DNA from: an uncultured virus (IMG/VR IMGVR_UViG_3300042691_027621)
Taxonomy: Duplodnaviria; Heunggongvirae; Uroviricota; Caudoviricetes
DNA length: 20,000 nt
IMG/VR virus record: IMGVR_UViG_3300042691_027621
Span: 55,339 to 75,338 of that record
Strand: one strand, 5' to 3'
The notes beneath the pieces were generated by a model, which searched no databases, was not told where the DNA came from, and saw only the letters and a program-made list of their open reading frames with translations. A program made the translations under genes and the position numbers. Positions 8,460 to 18,094 of this stretch are shown here, piece by piece. Positions within the stretch are counted from its first letter, which is position 1, and each line of letters begins with the position of its first letter.

Positions 8460-9844
8460 TGAGCAAAGGCGACCAAAGCCGATTCATGAGCAGTGCGGAA
8501 CAAATGTCGCAGGACCTAGGTCCTGCGCTGTGTTTGGCTAAATGGAAGCAGGTCAGCTTTCACTTGCCCACAGGTCTAAACAACTCATGTTACCATCCGC
8601 CCCTGCACCAAATTACCGCAGACGATTTGACACGCCCTGGTGGCCTGCACAATACAGCACACAAGAAATCTCAACGAGTAATGATGATACAAGGCGAAAA
8701 GCCTGGTGAGTGTCAGTATTGCTGGAACATGGAGAATCTAGGCAAACTCAGTGACAGACATTATCGTTCAGGAGAGCCGTGGGCCGCTGTGGATTTTGAA
8801 CGCATTCGTAATTCAACAGGAACTGAAGATGATGTCATTCCAAGCTACGTGGAAGTCAATTTTAATAATGCTTGCAATCTTCGTTGTAGTTATTGCAGCC
8901 CTCAGTTTAGCAGCAGTTGGATGGACGAAACTACTAGACACGGAGCATACCCAACTAGTAAACCTCATAATGATCCTGCACACTTTGTGGGTTCGCGACG
9001 CCCCATACCGGCTAGGGAAGCTAATCCCTACGTTGATGCGTTTTGGGCGTGGTGGCCCACTCTCTATCCCAAACTAGAACACTTTCGCATGACCGGCGGC
9101 GAGCCGCTGATGGACAAAAATACCTATCGAGTGTTTGACTATGTGTTGGAGCATGACAATCCCAAACTGCATTTGAATGTAACTTCAAACTTTTCAGTAG
9201 AGGATGCGCTGTTTGAAAAATACATGGACTATGCCAAGAGATTATGTACACCACGGATTGAACATTTCATGCAGTATGTTAGCCTAGACTCGGGCATTGC
9301 TACGCAAGCAGAATACCTGCGTCACGGCCTAGACTATGCTCGCATGAGTCGCAATGTTGAACGATTCTTACAGGAAATACCAAGTCGCAACAGCCTGACG
9401 TTTATTATTACAATGAACAATCTCAGTGTCACAGGACTGCGGCCCATGCTGGAATGGATACTGAATCTACGCCGGACACACAGTTCAACCTATCAACGTG
9501 TATGGTTTGATACACCTGTGCTGCGCGAACCTGCTTGGCAAAGTCTACAAATACTGCCAGAAAGTTATGTACGTCAACTAGAACAGGCTAGAGATTACAT
9601 GCTGGCCAACTTGACCACAGAAGCCAATCCCCTACACGGATTCAAAGACTACGAAGTGCAACGCCTGGAGCGTGACATTGCCTGGATGCGTGAAGGACAG
9701 TTACAGTACAATAGTATAGCCAAAGCAGACTTCTATCGTTTCTTTGCAGAACACGATCGTCGAAGGGGCACAGACTTTTTGAAGTCTTTTCCTGAGATGC
9801 GAGCCTGGTGGGCAGAATGTGAGTATCATGCTAGGAATACATAA
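8459..9844 (+). CDS. Radical SAM protein with N-terminal twitch-type domain (copy 1, subtype A)
   Basis: CNLRCSYC (CxxxCxxC), MTGGEPL; N-terminal CLAKW...SCYH...CQYC. ATG 8459 forms a TAATG overlap. Confidence 0.9.
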   Translation: MSKGDQSRFMSSAEQMSQDLGPALCLAKWKQVSFHLPTGLNNSCYHPPLHQITADDLTRPGGLHNTAHKKSQRVMMIQGEKPGECQYCWNMENLGKLSDRHYRSGEPWAAVDFERIRNSTGTEDDVIPSYVEVNFNNACNLRCSYCSPQFSSSWMDETTRHGAYPTSKPHNDPAHFVGSRRPIPAREANPYVDAFWAWWPTLYPKLEHFRMTGGEPLMDKNTYRVFDYVLEHDNPKLHLNVTSNFSVEDALFEKYMDYAKRLCTPRIEHFMQYVSLDSGIATQAEYLRHGLDYARMSRNVERFLQEIPSRNSLTFIITMNNLSVTGLRPMLEWILNLRRTHSSTYQRVWFDTPVLREPAWQSLQILPESYVRQLEQARDYMLANLTTEANPLHGFKDYEVQRLERDIAWMREGQLQYNSIAKADFYRFFAEHDRRRGTDFLKSFPEMRAWWAECEYHARNT

Positions 9845-10934
9845 AATTTTTGTTGACGAATGGGCCGAAACCTGGGACTTGCTAAAGCCCTATGCTGATG
9901 AGGTGTTTTGGCAATGGCCTAAAGAATTGGATCCTTCTAGTGTGTACATTGTAGGTCGTGTGCTGCTGAAGCAACACTGGACAGAAATCACAGAATGGGC
10001 TACTCAGCATCCCGGACGCATTGTGTTTTCAAATCCTGCTGAAGGATCTGAAACTATACTACTGCAACTCCGACGACTGCGTATTACAGAGCATGTGCGT
10101 GACGGACGTATTGGCCTACTAACCTCCGGTGACATGGAACCCGGCTGGCGTTATTGCAAAACAGATTGCTACTTCTCTAACATAGTAGAGTTCACAGAAA
10201 ATCGAGCAGCACAGATTGAAGCTGCACTGGACCACAAAGTTCAGCGCCCTTATGAATTTTTGTTCTTAAATGGTAGACTGAGACCGCATCGCAAGTACCT
10301 AATAGACCATCTAAGAGCTCAAGAGTTATTGTCAAATGCACTGTGGACCAATCTTGGTAGTCAAGTTGAAATGGCTTTTACGTCTGCGTTGGACACAGGC
10401 AAAACAGAACCCATTAGATTGTTGCCCCCAGAATACGAGATCCCACGTGCTGTGTCGCAGTTGAATACAGTACCTGAGTCGGGGTTTGTCAAACACGAGT
10501 TGTTCAACAACACCTGGGGTGATGCCATAGTCAATCATCGGTGCTACACAGACGCCTGGTTCAGTTTGGTAACAGAAACAATATTTGATTATCCGCACAC
10601 GTTTCGCACAGAAAAGATCTACAAGCCTATTCTAATGGCACATCCATTTGTGGTTGCAGCCAATCCAGGCTATTTGCGAGATTTAAGAAACGCTGGATTC
10701 AAAACATTCGACACCTTGATAGATGAATCGTATGATCAAATCAATACCCCAACTGCACGAATAGAGCGTATAATAGATACAGTGCGTGACATAAGTTTGA
10801 ATGGTGCTGCTAATTTCTGGGAAGCCAGTCGTGATATCTGTAAATACAATCAGCAACATCTTGTGGAATACAATCGTCAGCAACGTGCTGAGTTGCCCAC
10901 ACTACTAGAACAATACCTCAATGAACGATCTTGA
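9828..10934 (+). CDS. GT-B fold glycosyltransferase-like protein (GT10/fucosyltransferase-like C-terminal motif)
   Basis: FLFLNGRLRPHR and FSLVTET...RTEKIYKPILMAHPFVV, resembling the GT10 F.L.FEN...TEK...P.V donor-binding motif. ATG 9828 preferred over GTG 9819. Confidence 0.55.
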   Translation: MLGIHKIFVDEWAETWDLLKPYADEVFWQWPKELDPSSVYIVGRVLLKQHWTEITEWATQHPGRIVFSNPAEGSETILLQLRRLRITEHVRDGRIGLLTSGDMEPGWRYCKTDCYFSNIVEFTENRAAQIEAALDHKVQRPYEFLFLNGRLRPHRKYLIDHLRAQELLSNALWTNLGSQVEMAFTSALDTGKTEPIRLLPPEYEIPRAVSQLNTVPESGFVKHELFNNTWGDAIVNHRCYTDAWFSLVTETIFDYPHTFRTEKIYKPILMAHPFVVAANPGYLRDLRNAGFKTFDTLIDESYDQINTPTARIERIIDTVRDISLNGAANFWEASRDICKYNQQHLVEYNRQQRAELPTLLEQYLNERS

Positions 10935-12249
10935 TTTTCGCCAGCAAGTACTGGATACCTTGAGTCCTAGCTTTTGTGGGGCAAAGTGGTTTAATGCTAC
11001 CATTTGGCTTGGTAGCGGCATGAGCACCAGCTGCCATCACCCGCCAGCTCATTTGGTGGACATTGATAAAGTCACTACCAACCCTAAGCTGCTGCACAAT
11101 ACACCCGAAAAGAAAGACGACCGTGCAAAAATGCAGGCAGGCGAACGTCCCAGTGGTTGCGAATACTGCTGGAAGATTGAAGACATGGGTCGCAATGCTG
11201 TTTCAGACCGTGTGTACAAATCAAAAATTTACCCTATAGCTGCATTAAAGGAAGCACATGAAACTCCGCCTGATCAAGACGTGGATTTGCGAACTCTTGA
11301 AATTTCTTTTGATCGGACCTGCCAGTTTGCTTGTTCTTATTGTAATCCTGCATTCAGTAGCACATGGGTTAAAGACATTAGGAATAACGGACCCTATATG
11401 GGCCTTGTGTCTGACGGTCGTAATCACTTTACACATGAGCATTCAAGTGCTCAATTGTATCGCTTCGGGGAGACCAATCCGTATGTTGAAGCTTTTTTTG
11501 CGTGGTGGGAATCAGATCTACATCACACATTACAAGAATTAAGAATCACCGGCGGTGAGCCACTAATGAGCGGCCACACCTGGAAACTGATTGACTGGTT
11601 CCGTAACAATCCAGGACGCAGTCGCACACGCCTGGCCATCAACTCAAACCTGGGTGCAGATGTAGATGTGGATCGACTGCTGGATTCCATACAGGGGCTG
11701 GATGTGGACGTCTATACCAGCCAGGAAGCTGTGGGCGTTCAAGCCGAATACATACGTGATGGCCTGGACTATGTTGCCTGGAAGGCAAATGTAGAAAAGA
11801 TCTTGGCCAGTGGCCGTGTGCGTACCTTGCACTTTATGGGCACTATTAACGCACTGTGCCTGCCCAGCTTGCCCGACCATTTGCGTTATCTACTGGAACT
11901 AAAACAACGCTACGGGCGTGACGCAGTAAGTTACACACTGAACATTTTGAGATTCCCCAGCTTTCAAAGTGCGCTGGTAATGCCACATGAACTACGTGCT
12001 AGATTTTCTGTAGAACTAAAAGAATTGCACTACCGCAATCAACACAATCCGCTGTTTCATGAGCATGAATTGGATCACTTGCAACGGCTGATTGATTACT
12101 TGGATGTAGTCGAAACTCCGCATTCAGAAGCATTTGACCTCCCTAAACTACTGAACGATTTTGTTGAATTTTATCGACAGTACGATATTCGCAGAGCAAA
12201 GAACTTTGCACTGACGTTCCCTAAATTAAAGAAACTCATAAACAAATGA
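10921..12249 (+). CDS. Radical SAM protein with N-terminal twitch-type domain (copy 2, subtype A)
   Basis: CQFACSYC, ITGGEPL; N-terminal CGAKW...SCHH...CEYC. Shares LHNT, SDR, NPYV.AF.AWW with copy 1. Confidence 0.9.
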   Translation: MNDLDFRQQVLDTLSPSFCGAKWFNATIWLGSGMSTSCHHPPAHLVDIDKVTTNPKLLHNTPEKKDDRAKMQAGERPSGCEYCWKIEDMGRNAVSDRVYKSKIYPIAALKEAHETPPDQDVDLRTLEISFDRTCQFACSYCNPAFSSTWVKDIRNNGPYMGLVSDGRNHFTHEHSSAQLYRFGETNPYVEAFFAWWESDLHHTLQELRITGGEPLMSGHTWKLIDWFRNNPGRSRTRLAINSNLGADVDVDRLLDSIQGLDVDVYTSQEAVGVQAEYIRDGLDYVAWKANVEKILASGRVRTLHFMGTINALCLPSLPDHLRYLLELKQRYGRDAVSYTLNILRFPSFQSALVMPHELRARFSVELKELHYRNQHNPLFHEHELDHLQRLIDYLDVVETPHSEAFDLPKLLNDFVEFYRQYDIRRAKNFALTFPKLKKLINK

Positions 12250-13934
12250 CCCTAGAAGAATTACAAACACAATACAACGTAGTTGGCATAATTGATTTGT
12301 CTGCATGGACTAACAACTACGAAACCAGCACACAGTGGCTACGCAGTCAATGCCAAGCTGTGTACCAACCAGCCTACGCAGAAAATCAACGCATTGTGTT
12401 TGTACATTCACATGATTACTATGTTAAGAATGCAGACTCTGCGGGTATCATTTTAAAGAACATACAAGTAGCACTGAATGAAACTGATATTAGCAATTAT
12501 TTTGCGCTAGTACTCAGTACCAATCCCAATATTGAACAAGAAATGGCTTATATCAATTCGCAGAGTTCTGACCCAGTGCCTGTGAAATTTGAACGCTGTG
12601 TTGGCGAGTTTGTTACAAAAGAATTGACCCAGCATCCTTACAGTCGTAAAGAGCAGTATCAGTACGGATCGGCTAACCCTATAAAAATCAGCCTAAATGA
12701 AGTCAGCGAGCAAGATAAATTTTTACTCAGTGAAAGCAAGAACTTCTGCATTTACCCTTGGATTCACCTGCACGCTTGGCCCACGGGCGAAGCATATCCT
12801 TGCTGTCATGCCACACAGCATCCTGTGTATGGTAACACACGTAAAGAAACCTTGTCTGATGTATGGAATGGCACACGCATGCGACAACTAAGACAAGACA
12901 TGCTGAGTGATACACCAAATGAAACCTGCCGTAAATGTCACGAACAAGAAGATTCTGGATTCTTTAGTGGCAGACAAAGTGCAAACAAACATCACGGACA
13001 CCATATTGATCGTGTGCATAGAACAGGACCTGATGGCACATTCAATGAGTTTGAAATGACTTATTGGGATATTCGTTTTAGTAATCTTTGCAATTTAAAA
13101 TGTCGTAGCTGTGGACATATCTTTAGCTCACAGTGGTATCAAGATCAAGCCAAGTTAGCTGGAGGTACCTGGAAACAATCTAATCCTGTGCTTAACTATG
13201 CAGGACGTACAGAAACAGACATGTGGGAACAATTGATTCCACATCTGGACTATGTGGAACAGATTTATTTTGCCGGTGGCGAACCCTTGCTGATGGAAGA
13301 ACACTATCATATTCTCGACGAGTTAGTAAAAAGAAAAAGATTTGATGTAAGATTGATTTACAACACCAATTTTACACACACTGACTTGAAAGGTAATTCG
13401 GTATTTGACTACTGGAAACAATTTGATTCGGTGGCTGTAGGCGCCAGCTTAGATGCTTCAGGAGCACGTGGAGAATACATACGCAAAGGCACAGACTGGG
13501 CACAAGTAGAACAAAATCGCAGAGACATGTTGGCAATTTGTCCTGGCGTGGATTTTTATATTTCGCCCACACTCAGTATCATGAATGCGCTACACCTGCC
13601 AGATTTTCATCGTGACTGGGTAGAAAAAGGCCTGCTAAAACCGCAAGATCTAAATGTGAATATTCTTCAGGACCCCTACGAATACAGACTGGACATTGCT
13701 ACTCCTGAATACAAACAACAAATACAACAGCGATTTCTTGAACACATTGAATGGTTGCGACCACAAGACCCCTTGCATAGAGCCACAGTGGGTTTTGAAT
13801 CGGCAATCAACTACATGATGAGCACAGACAACACCGCACTGATACCTAAATTTTGGGACAAGACTCAACAGCTGGATAAAATCAGAAAAGAAAACATCTT
13901 GGACATTATTCCTGAATTAGCTGCATTAAAATGA
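12246..13934 (+). CDS. Radical SAM protein with twitch-type domain and about 165-aa extra N-terminal domain (copy 3, subtype B)
   Basis: CNLKCRSC, FAGGEPL, YNTN; CIYPW...PCC...CRKC starting near residue 168. Confidence 0.9.
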   Translation: MTLEELQTQYNVVGIIDLSAWTNNYETSTQWLRSQCQAVYQPAYAENQRIVFVHSHDYYVKNADSAGIILKNIQVALNETDISNYFALVLSTNPNIEQEMAYINSQSSDPVPVKFERCVGEFVTKELTQHPYSRKEQYQYGSANPIKISLNEVSEQDKFLLSESKNFCIYPWIHLHAWPTGEAYPCCHATQHPVYGNTRKETLSDVWNGTRMRQLRQDMLSDTPNETCRKCHEQEDSGFFSGRQSANKHHGHHIDRVHRTGPDGTFNEFEMTYWDIRFSNLCNLKCRSCGHIFSSQWYQDQAKLAGGTWKQSNPVLNYAGRTETDMWEQLIPHLDYVEQIYFAGGEPLLMEEHYHILDELVKRKRFDVRLIYNTNFTHTDLKGNSVFDYWKQFDSVAVGASLDASGARGEYIRKGTDWAQVEQNRRDMLAICPGVDFYISPTLSIMNALHLPDFHRDWVEKGLLKPQDLNVNILQDPYEYRLDIATPEYKQQIQQRFLEHIEWLRPQDPLHRATVGFESAINYMMSTDNTALIPKFWDKTQQLDKIRKENILDIIPELAALK

Positions 13935-14569
13935 GTTTGAATTTTGATAGTTTTTTTGGCGCACCTACTTCCTATGTGCCGGGACCGTATTTTTTAGCAG
14001 CAGGTTGCAGTCATACTTCAGCGGTGGGGGTAGATGCTGATCAATGCTGGGCAGGCCAACTGGCTCAACGCACTCGAATCAAGACTTGTAATCTAGCCGA
14101 AGCCGGGGGCAATGCCTGGATTGCCAGTATGCGTATAGCACAGTGGATTCTGGTCACCGGTCGTCCAGAGTTTGTTGTGGTACAATGGCCTCACCCCATA
14201 CGCACAGTGATATGGAAAAACGGACAAGGTAATTCTGTTAACGTACACGACACTGAAGATCATTTATTTCACACCCGCTTGCGCTACGGTGACTCCAATT
14301 ACTGGGCTGAGTGGATGCAGGCAATAATTACTACAAATGCCATTTGCGTCGCAGCCAAAATCCCCATTATAAATTGGAGTCTTGACAACGTTGATCCGCA
14401 CTATCTTGCACTGTTAAAGGCCAATGGCATTGTTGTGCATGATCAAACAGATCAACCACGCTGGGAAAGAGACCGGTCGGGCTCAGATCAACGACATGCC
14501 GGGCCCTTGTCACATGCGCAATGGGCACAACAATTACAGGAAATGTTAAATGCAATTACCACACGATAA
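13931..14569 (+). CDS. SGNH/GDSL-fold acyl-esterase or acyltransferase
   Basis: Block I AAGCSHT, block II NLAEAGGN, VVVQW strand, block V DQRHAG (DxxH). Confidence 0.7.
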   Translation: MSLNFDSFFGAPTSYVPGPYFLAAGCSHTSAVGVDADQCWAGQLAQRTRIKTCNLAEAGGNAWIASMRIAQWILVTGRPEFVVVQWPHPIRTVIWKNGQGNSVNVHDTEDHLFHTRLRYGDSNYWAEWMQAIITTNAICVAAKIPIINWSLDNVDPHYLALLKANGIVVHDQTDQPRWERDRSGSDQRHAGPLSHAQWAQQLQEMLNAITTR

Positions 14570-15788
14570 ATTCTGCGTATTACCTTGGATCAGTTTGGAG
14601 GCCAGCCCTATAGGTACAGTACGTCCTTGTTGCCTAGCCGACGACGAAATTGTAGACAACGCTGGCAACAAATTTGAATTAAGTACAGCAAATTTTGGAG
14701 ACATTCAAAATTCCAATCACATGCGCGATCTTCGCCAGGAGTTCTTGGATGGAAAAAAACCTCAAACCTGCCGTAAGTGCTGGAACGAAGAACGTGCAGG
14801 ACGCACATCAAAACGTATGCACACCCTGGACAGACTCAAACATGTGGTCACAGATACAGAGTGGACCGCAGATGCTAAACCTTTGATGTTCCTGGATCTC
14901 AAGCTGGGCAACATCTGCAACTTGAAATGCCGTATATGCGGTTCATGGTCTAGCAGTCAATTTGCCGCAGAAGAAATCCAATGGACTGCCTCGCATGAAC
15001 GCAAGCAAACCTATGCATATCAAATGTTGCGAGCTGGTGCATGGCCACAGGAAAATCAACAATTCTGGAATCAAATTGATAGCTGCCTGACAGATATTCG
15101 TTATATTGAATTCACAGGTGGTGAGCCATTTATGATTAAAGAACACTTTGCTATGTTACAAGGCATTGTGGATCGTGGTATTGCACATCAGGTAGAAATA
15201 CATTACAACACCAACGGAACCATTTTTCCCGAAGAAGCTGTTGAAATCTGGCGCCATTTCAAAACTGTAGAAGTAGCGTTCAGCATCGACGACATGGGTC
15301 CTCGTTTTGAATATCAGCGCACCAATGCCAAGTGGGTAGAAGTAGAAGAAAATATAGCACGTTTCTTTGAATTGAAAAACACGTTGCCTGGGTTGAAATT
15401 ACAGGTCTGCTGCACAGTCAATGTATTCAACGTCATGTATTTGCATCAAACGTCAGACTGGATTGTACAGCAAGGATTTGACTTTGTGTATTGGAATATG
15501 ATGCATGATGCTTGGTATTTTTCTATAGCCACACTGCCCAAAGAAGCCAAAGAAAAAATTGATCAGCATTTTGCACGGCATGTTACACAGCCCAGCTGTC
15601 AAGCTGAATTTATTCGCATAATTGATTTTATGAATCGTGGTGCTGATTCCGACGGTGATATGTTGCGTATGAAAATACGTGACTTAGATCGTAAACGCGG
15701 ACAGAATCTTGCAGACTTTGCACCCGAATTTGCAGCCATGATCAACTACAATTACAATGACACAGACCCCAACGCTCCCAAAGCCTGA
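14550..15788 (+). CDS. Radical SAM protein with N-terminal twitch-type domain (copy 4, subtype B)
   Basis: CNLKCRIC, FTGGEPF, YNTNG; N-terminal CVLPW...PCC...CRKC. Confidence 0.9.
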   Translation: MQLPHDKFCVLPWISLEASPIGTVRPCCLADDEIVDNAGNKFELSTANFGDIQNSNHMRDLRQEFLDGKKPQTCRKCWNEERAGRTSKRMHTLDRLKHVVTDTEWTADAKPLMFLDLKLGNICNLKCRICGSWSSSQFAAEEIQWTASHERKQTYAYQMLRAGAWPQENQQFWNQIDSCLTDIRYIEFTGGEPFMIKEHFAMLQGIVDRGIAHQVEIHYNTNGTIFPEEAVEIWRHFKTVEVAFSIDDMGPRFEYQRTNAKWVEVEENIARFFELKNTLPGLKLQVCCTVNVFNVMYLHQTSDWIVQQGFDFVYWNMMHDAWYFSIATLPKEAKEKIDQHFARHVTQPSCQAEFIRIIDFMNRGADSDGDMLRMKIRDLDRKRGQNLADFAPEFAAMINYNYNDTDPNAPKA

Positions 15789-17073
15789 CACCTTGTGCAT
15801 GGCACCTTGGACGCACACATATCTAAGCCCGCAAACCGAGCGTAGAATGTGCTGTGCGTCGAGAGAACCTGCACAGAACTTTGCGCAATACATAGACACA
15901 GCCGCAGGCACTGGGCGCTATATTCCTGTCACACTAGAACAGCACTGGAACAGTGATCACATGAAGTCAGTTCGTCGCAGAATGATGGCAGGGGAAACCT
16001 TGCCTGAGTGTGAAGTATGCAATGACCGACTGCTTAATACCAGCGTTTACCGCACTTACTTTGATCATTTGTTTGGGCACAAACTAGAGGAAATATATGC
16101 AAGTACCGATGCTTCAGGGCACACAAGCATGGCTCCTGTTTCGTGGGATTACCGCTTTAGTAACCTTTGCAACTTCAAATGCAGAACCTGCGGAGATATG
16201 CTTTCGTCAGCATGGGAGACCGAAGAAAAGACTCAAAACATGGTTGACTGGCATAATCCAAAAAATAATTGGATGCAACCTAATTATCGTCAACAGATCA
16301 CTGAGTTTCAGGATAGTCAGGTTGAGGCCGAATTTGCTGCCGCCGTTGAGCGACATGATGTTGAAGAGATCTACTGGGTAGGTGGCGAACCCTTGATGTA
16401 TGAACAACACTGGCGTTACATGCAACGCATTGTTGAACTAGGAGATGGACCCAGATTATATGCACGATACAACACTAACCTTAGCCGAATTCATTATCGG
16501 GGGCGTGACCTTTATAGTGATATCCTGGATCATATACGAGATTGGCAAATTTGCGCGAGCATTGACGGCACTGGAGCAATCGGTGAATACATTAGAACAG
16601 GTCTTGACTACGCAACGTTCTGCAGAAACTTCGAAGCAGGACTGCAACACCAGCGAAACCGACGACAGATGAGACTGGACTTTACATTGACGTTGCCGGG
16701 CATGTTTGAAGTTGATGCAATGCAGCAATTGGCCTCCAGCTATGACGTAGAATTGTTGGTCAAAGTGATATTCAGTTTTACTCCAGATATTATTATGAGT
16801 CCTTTGGCATTGCCACGACATCTGTTGGATGTCTGGGTAGATGAACTAGTGCCCAATTGTACCTCCGGTGCCATGCGCGATGTACTGCTACAGTTAAAGA
16901 ACCGTCCCACATTTGAACAACAATGGCCTGAAGAATATCGTGCAGGTCTTGCTCGAGGCAAGGCTCGTGTGTTAAAATTAGAAAGCATAAGAACACAGTC
17001 GGTAACAATGACTGACATTCTGGGCACACGTCCAGAAATACTAAAATGGTGGAACGAAATTGGAATCAATTGA
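15757..17073 (+). CDS. Radical SAM protein with N-terminal twitch-type domain (copy 5, subtype B)
   Basis: CNFKCRTC, WVGGEPL, YNTN; N-terminal CMAPW...MCC...CEVC. Confidence 0.9.
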   Translation: MTQTPTLPKPDTLCMAPWTHTYLSPQTERRMCCASREPAQNFAQYIDTAAGTGRYIPVTLEQHWNSDHMKSVRRRMMAGETLPECEVCNDRLLNTSVYRTYFDHLFGHKLEEIYASTDASGHTSMAPVSWDYRFSNLCNFKCRTCGDMLSSAWETEEKTQNMVDWHNPKNNWMQPNYRQQITEFQDSQVEAEFAAAVERHDVEEIYWVGGEPLMYEQHWRYMQRIVELGDGPRLYARYNTNLSRIHYRGRDLYSDILDHIRDWQICASIDGTGAIGEYIRTGLDYATFCRNFEAGLQHQRNRRQMRLDFTLTLPGMFEVDAMQQLASSYDVELLVKVIFSFTPDIIMSPLALPRHLLDVWVDELVPNCTSGAMRDVLLQLKNRPTFEQQWPEEYRAGLARGKARVLKLESIRTQSVTMTDILGTRPEILKWWNEIGIN

Positions 17074-18094
17074 AATAGATCTCCGTGGCAACAGCGGAGA
17101 CTGTCTAACTGTTTATATCAATGTGCACGACAACAGTTTGAGTCGTAAATGGTTGGCCGCGCTCAATGATATTATTCGTAATCAACTGCATCTAGAAAAG
17201 AACTATTGTTGGATGGGCTGGACTGAGCATGATCGCAACTTAGAATATCTTTGTACACAAGTCAATCGCAGTATTCATGCAATCAACAGCAGCAATTTAG
17301 ATTATCGTATACAAGACTTTTTTAGTCCTGCCAATGTAATACAAAAAAATCTTGATGTCAATCATGACAAAATGAATCATCTGCATCGTTATTTCGAAGA
17401 CCTGCAAGGAACTTCGGGTGCAATGAGCAGGTACTACACAGCCGCAGACGATCACACACGTTGGCACATACGCCAATTAAATTTATTGTGTCATGAAATA
17501 GAAAGTCTTGTGCTGAGCATGCGCAAAGATGTGCAAGCACCTGAATGGAAGCGTCCCAGCCAGTTGATGTGCTGGCTCAATGCCCCACGTTTTGTGCTAG
17601 AACAAGAAGATTATGAGTTGTTTGGTGTTGACACCATTAACCGTAGTCTTGGTGGTGTGTATGTGGGCGTGAACAAAGCAGTAGGCAAGCACCATTGGGA
17701 AGTGTTCAACGACGAAGGCCGCGACAGTCGCATCGGCGAACTTGTTACGTCCTCACTAAAAGCACAGACTGAAGCCGCAGGAGATTTTGATATTGAGTGG
17801 GCACGTGACCCTGGCGCTTACCATTGGCAAAAGACCAAATTGGCTGAATTCCGTGAATGGCTTATCGCGAACGGATTTGATCCTGACGACAAAGCCCTCA
17901 CTATCGGCCATCCCAAGGTTGCTCAAGTTGATTTGCAGCGCTCATTCGGCACAACAGACTACACAGAGATATGGGCACAGCTAGCCCAACATCTGGATGT
18001 GTATAAAATACGCACCAGTTCAGCAGAAGCTACATATAACTATAACTGGAGCGATGCAGACTATGCAGAGCAACAAATAAAGGAACTTAAATGA
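17060..18094 (+). CDS. Hypothetical protein
   Basis: 344-aa ORF, TTG start overlapping the previous gene by 14 nt, ATGA overlap with the next; no family recognised. Confidence 0.8.
   Translation: MESIEIDLRGNSGDCLTVYINVHDNSLSRKWLAALNDIIRNQLHLEKNYCWMGWTEHDRNLEYLCTQVNRSIHAINSSNLDYRIQDFFSPANVIQKNLDVNHDKMNHLHRYFEDLQGTSGAMSRYYTAADDHTRWHIRQLNLLCHEIESLVLSMRKDVQAPEWKRPSQLMCWLNAPRFVLEQEDYELFGVDTINRSLGGVYVGVNKAVGKHHWEVFNDEGRDSRIGELVTSSLKAQTEAAGDFDIEWARDPGAYHWQKTKLAEFREWLIANGFDPDDKALTIGHPKVAQVDLQRSFGTTDYTEIWAQLAQHLDVYKIRTSSAEATYNYNWSDADYAEQQIKELK

Noticed and set aside
8459..17073. rSAMs as QueE (7-deazaguanine DNA modification), NrdG, MoaA or viperin
   Set aside because: Too long, with an N-terminal Cys domain these families lack; no QueC/QueD/FolE/DpdA, NrdD or Moa partners in the window.
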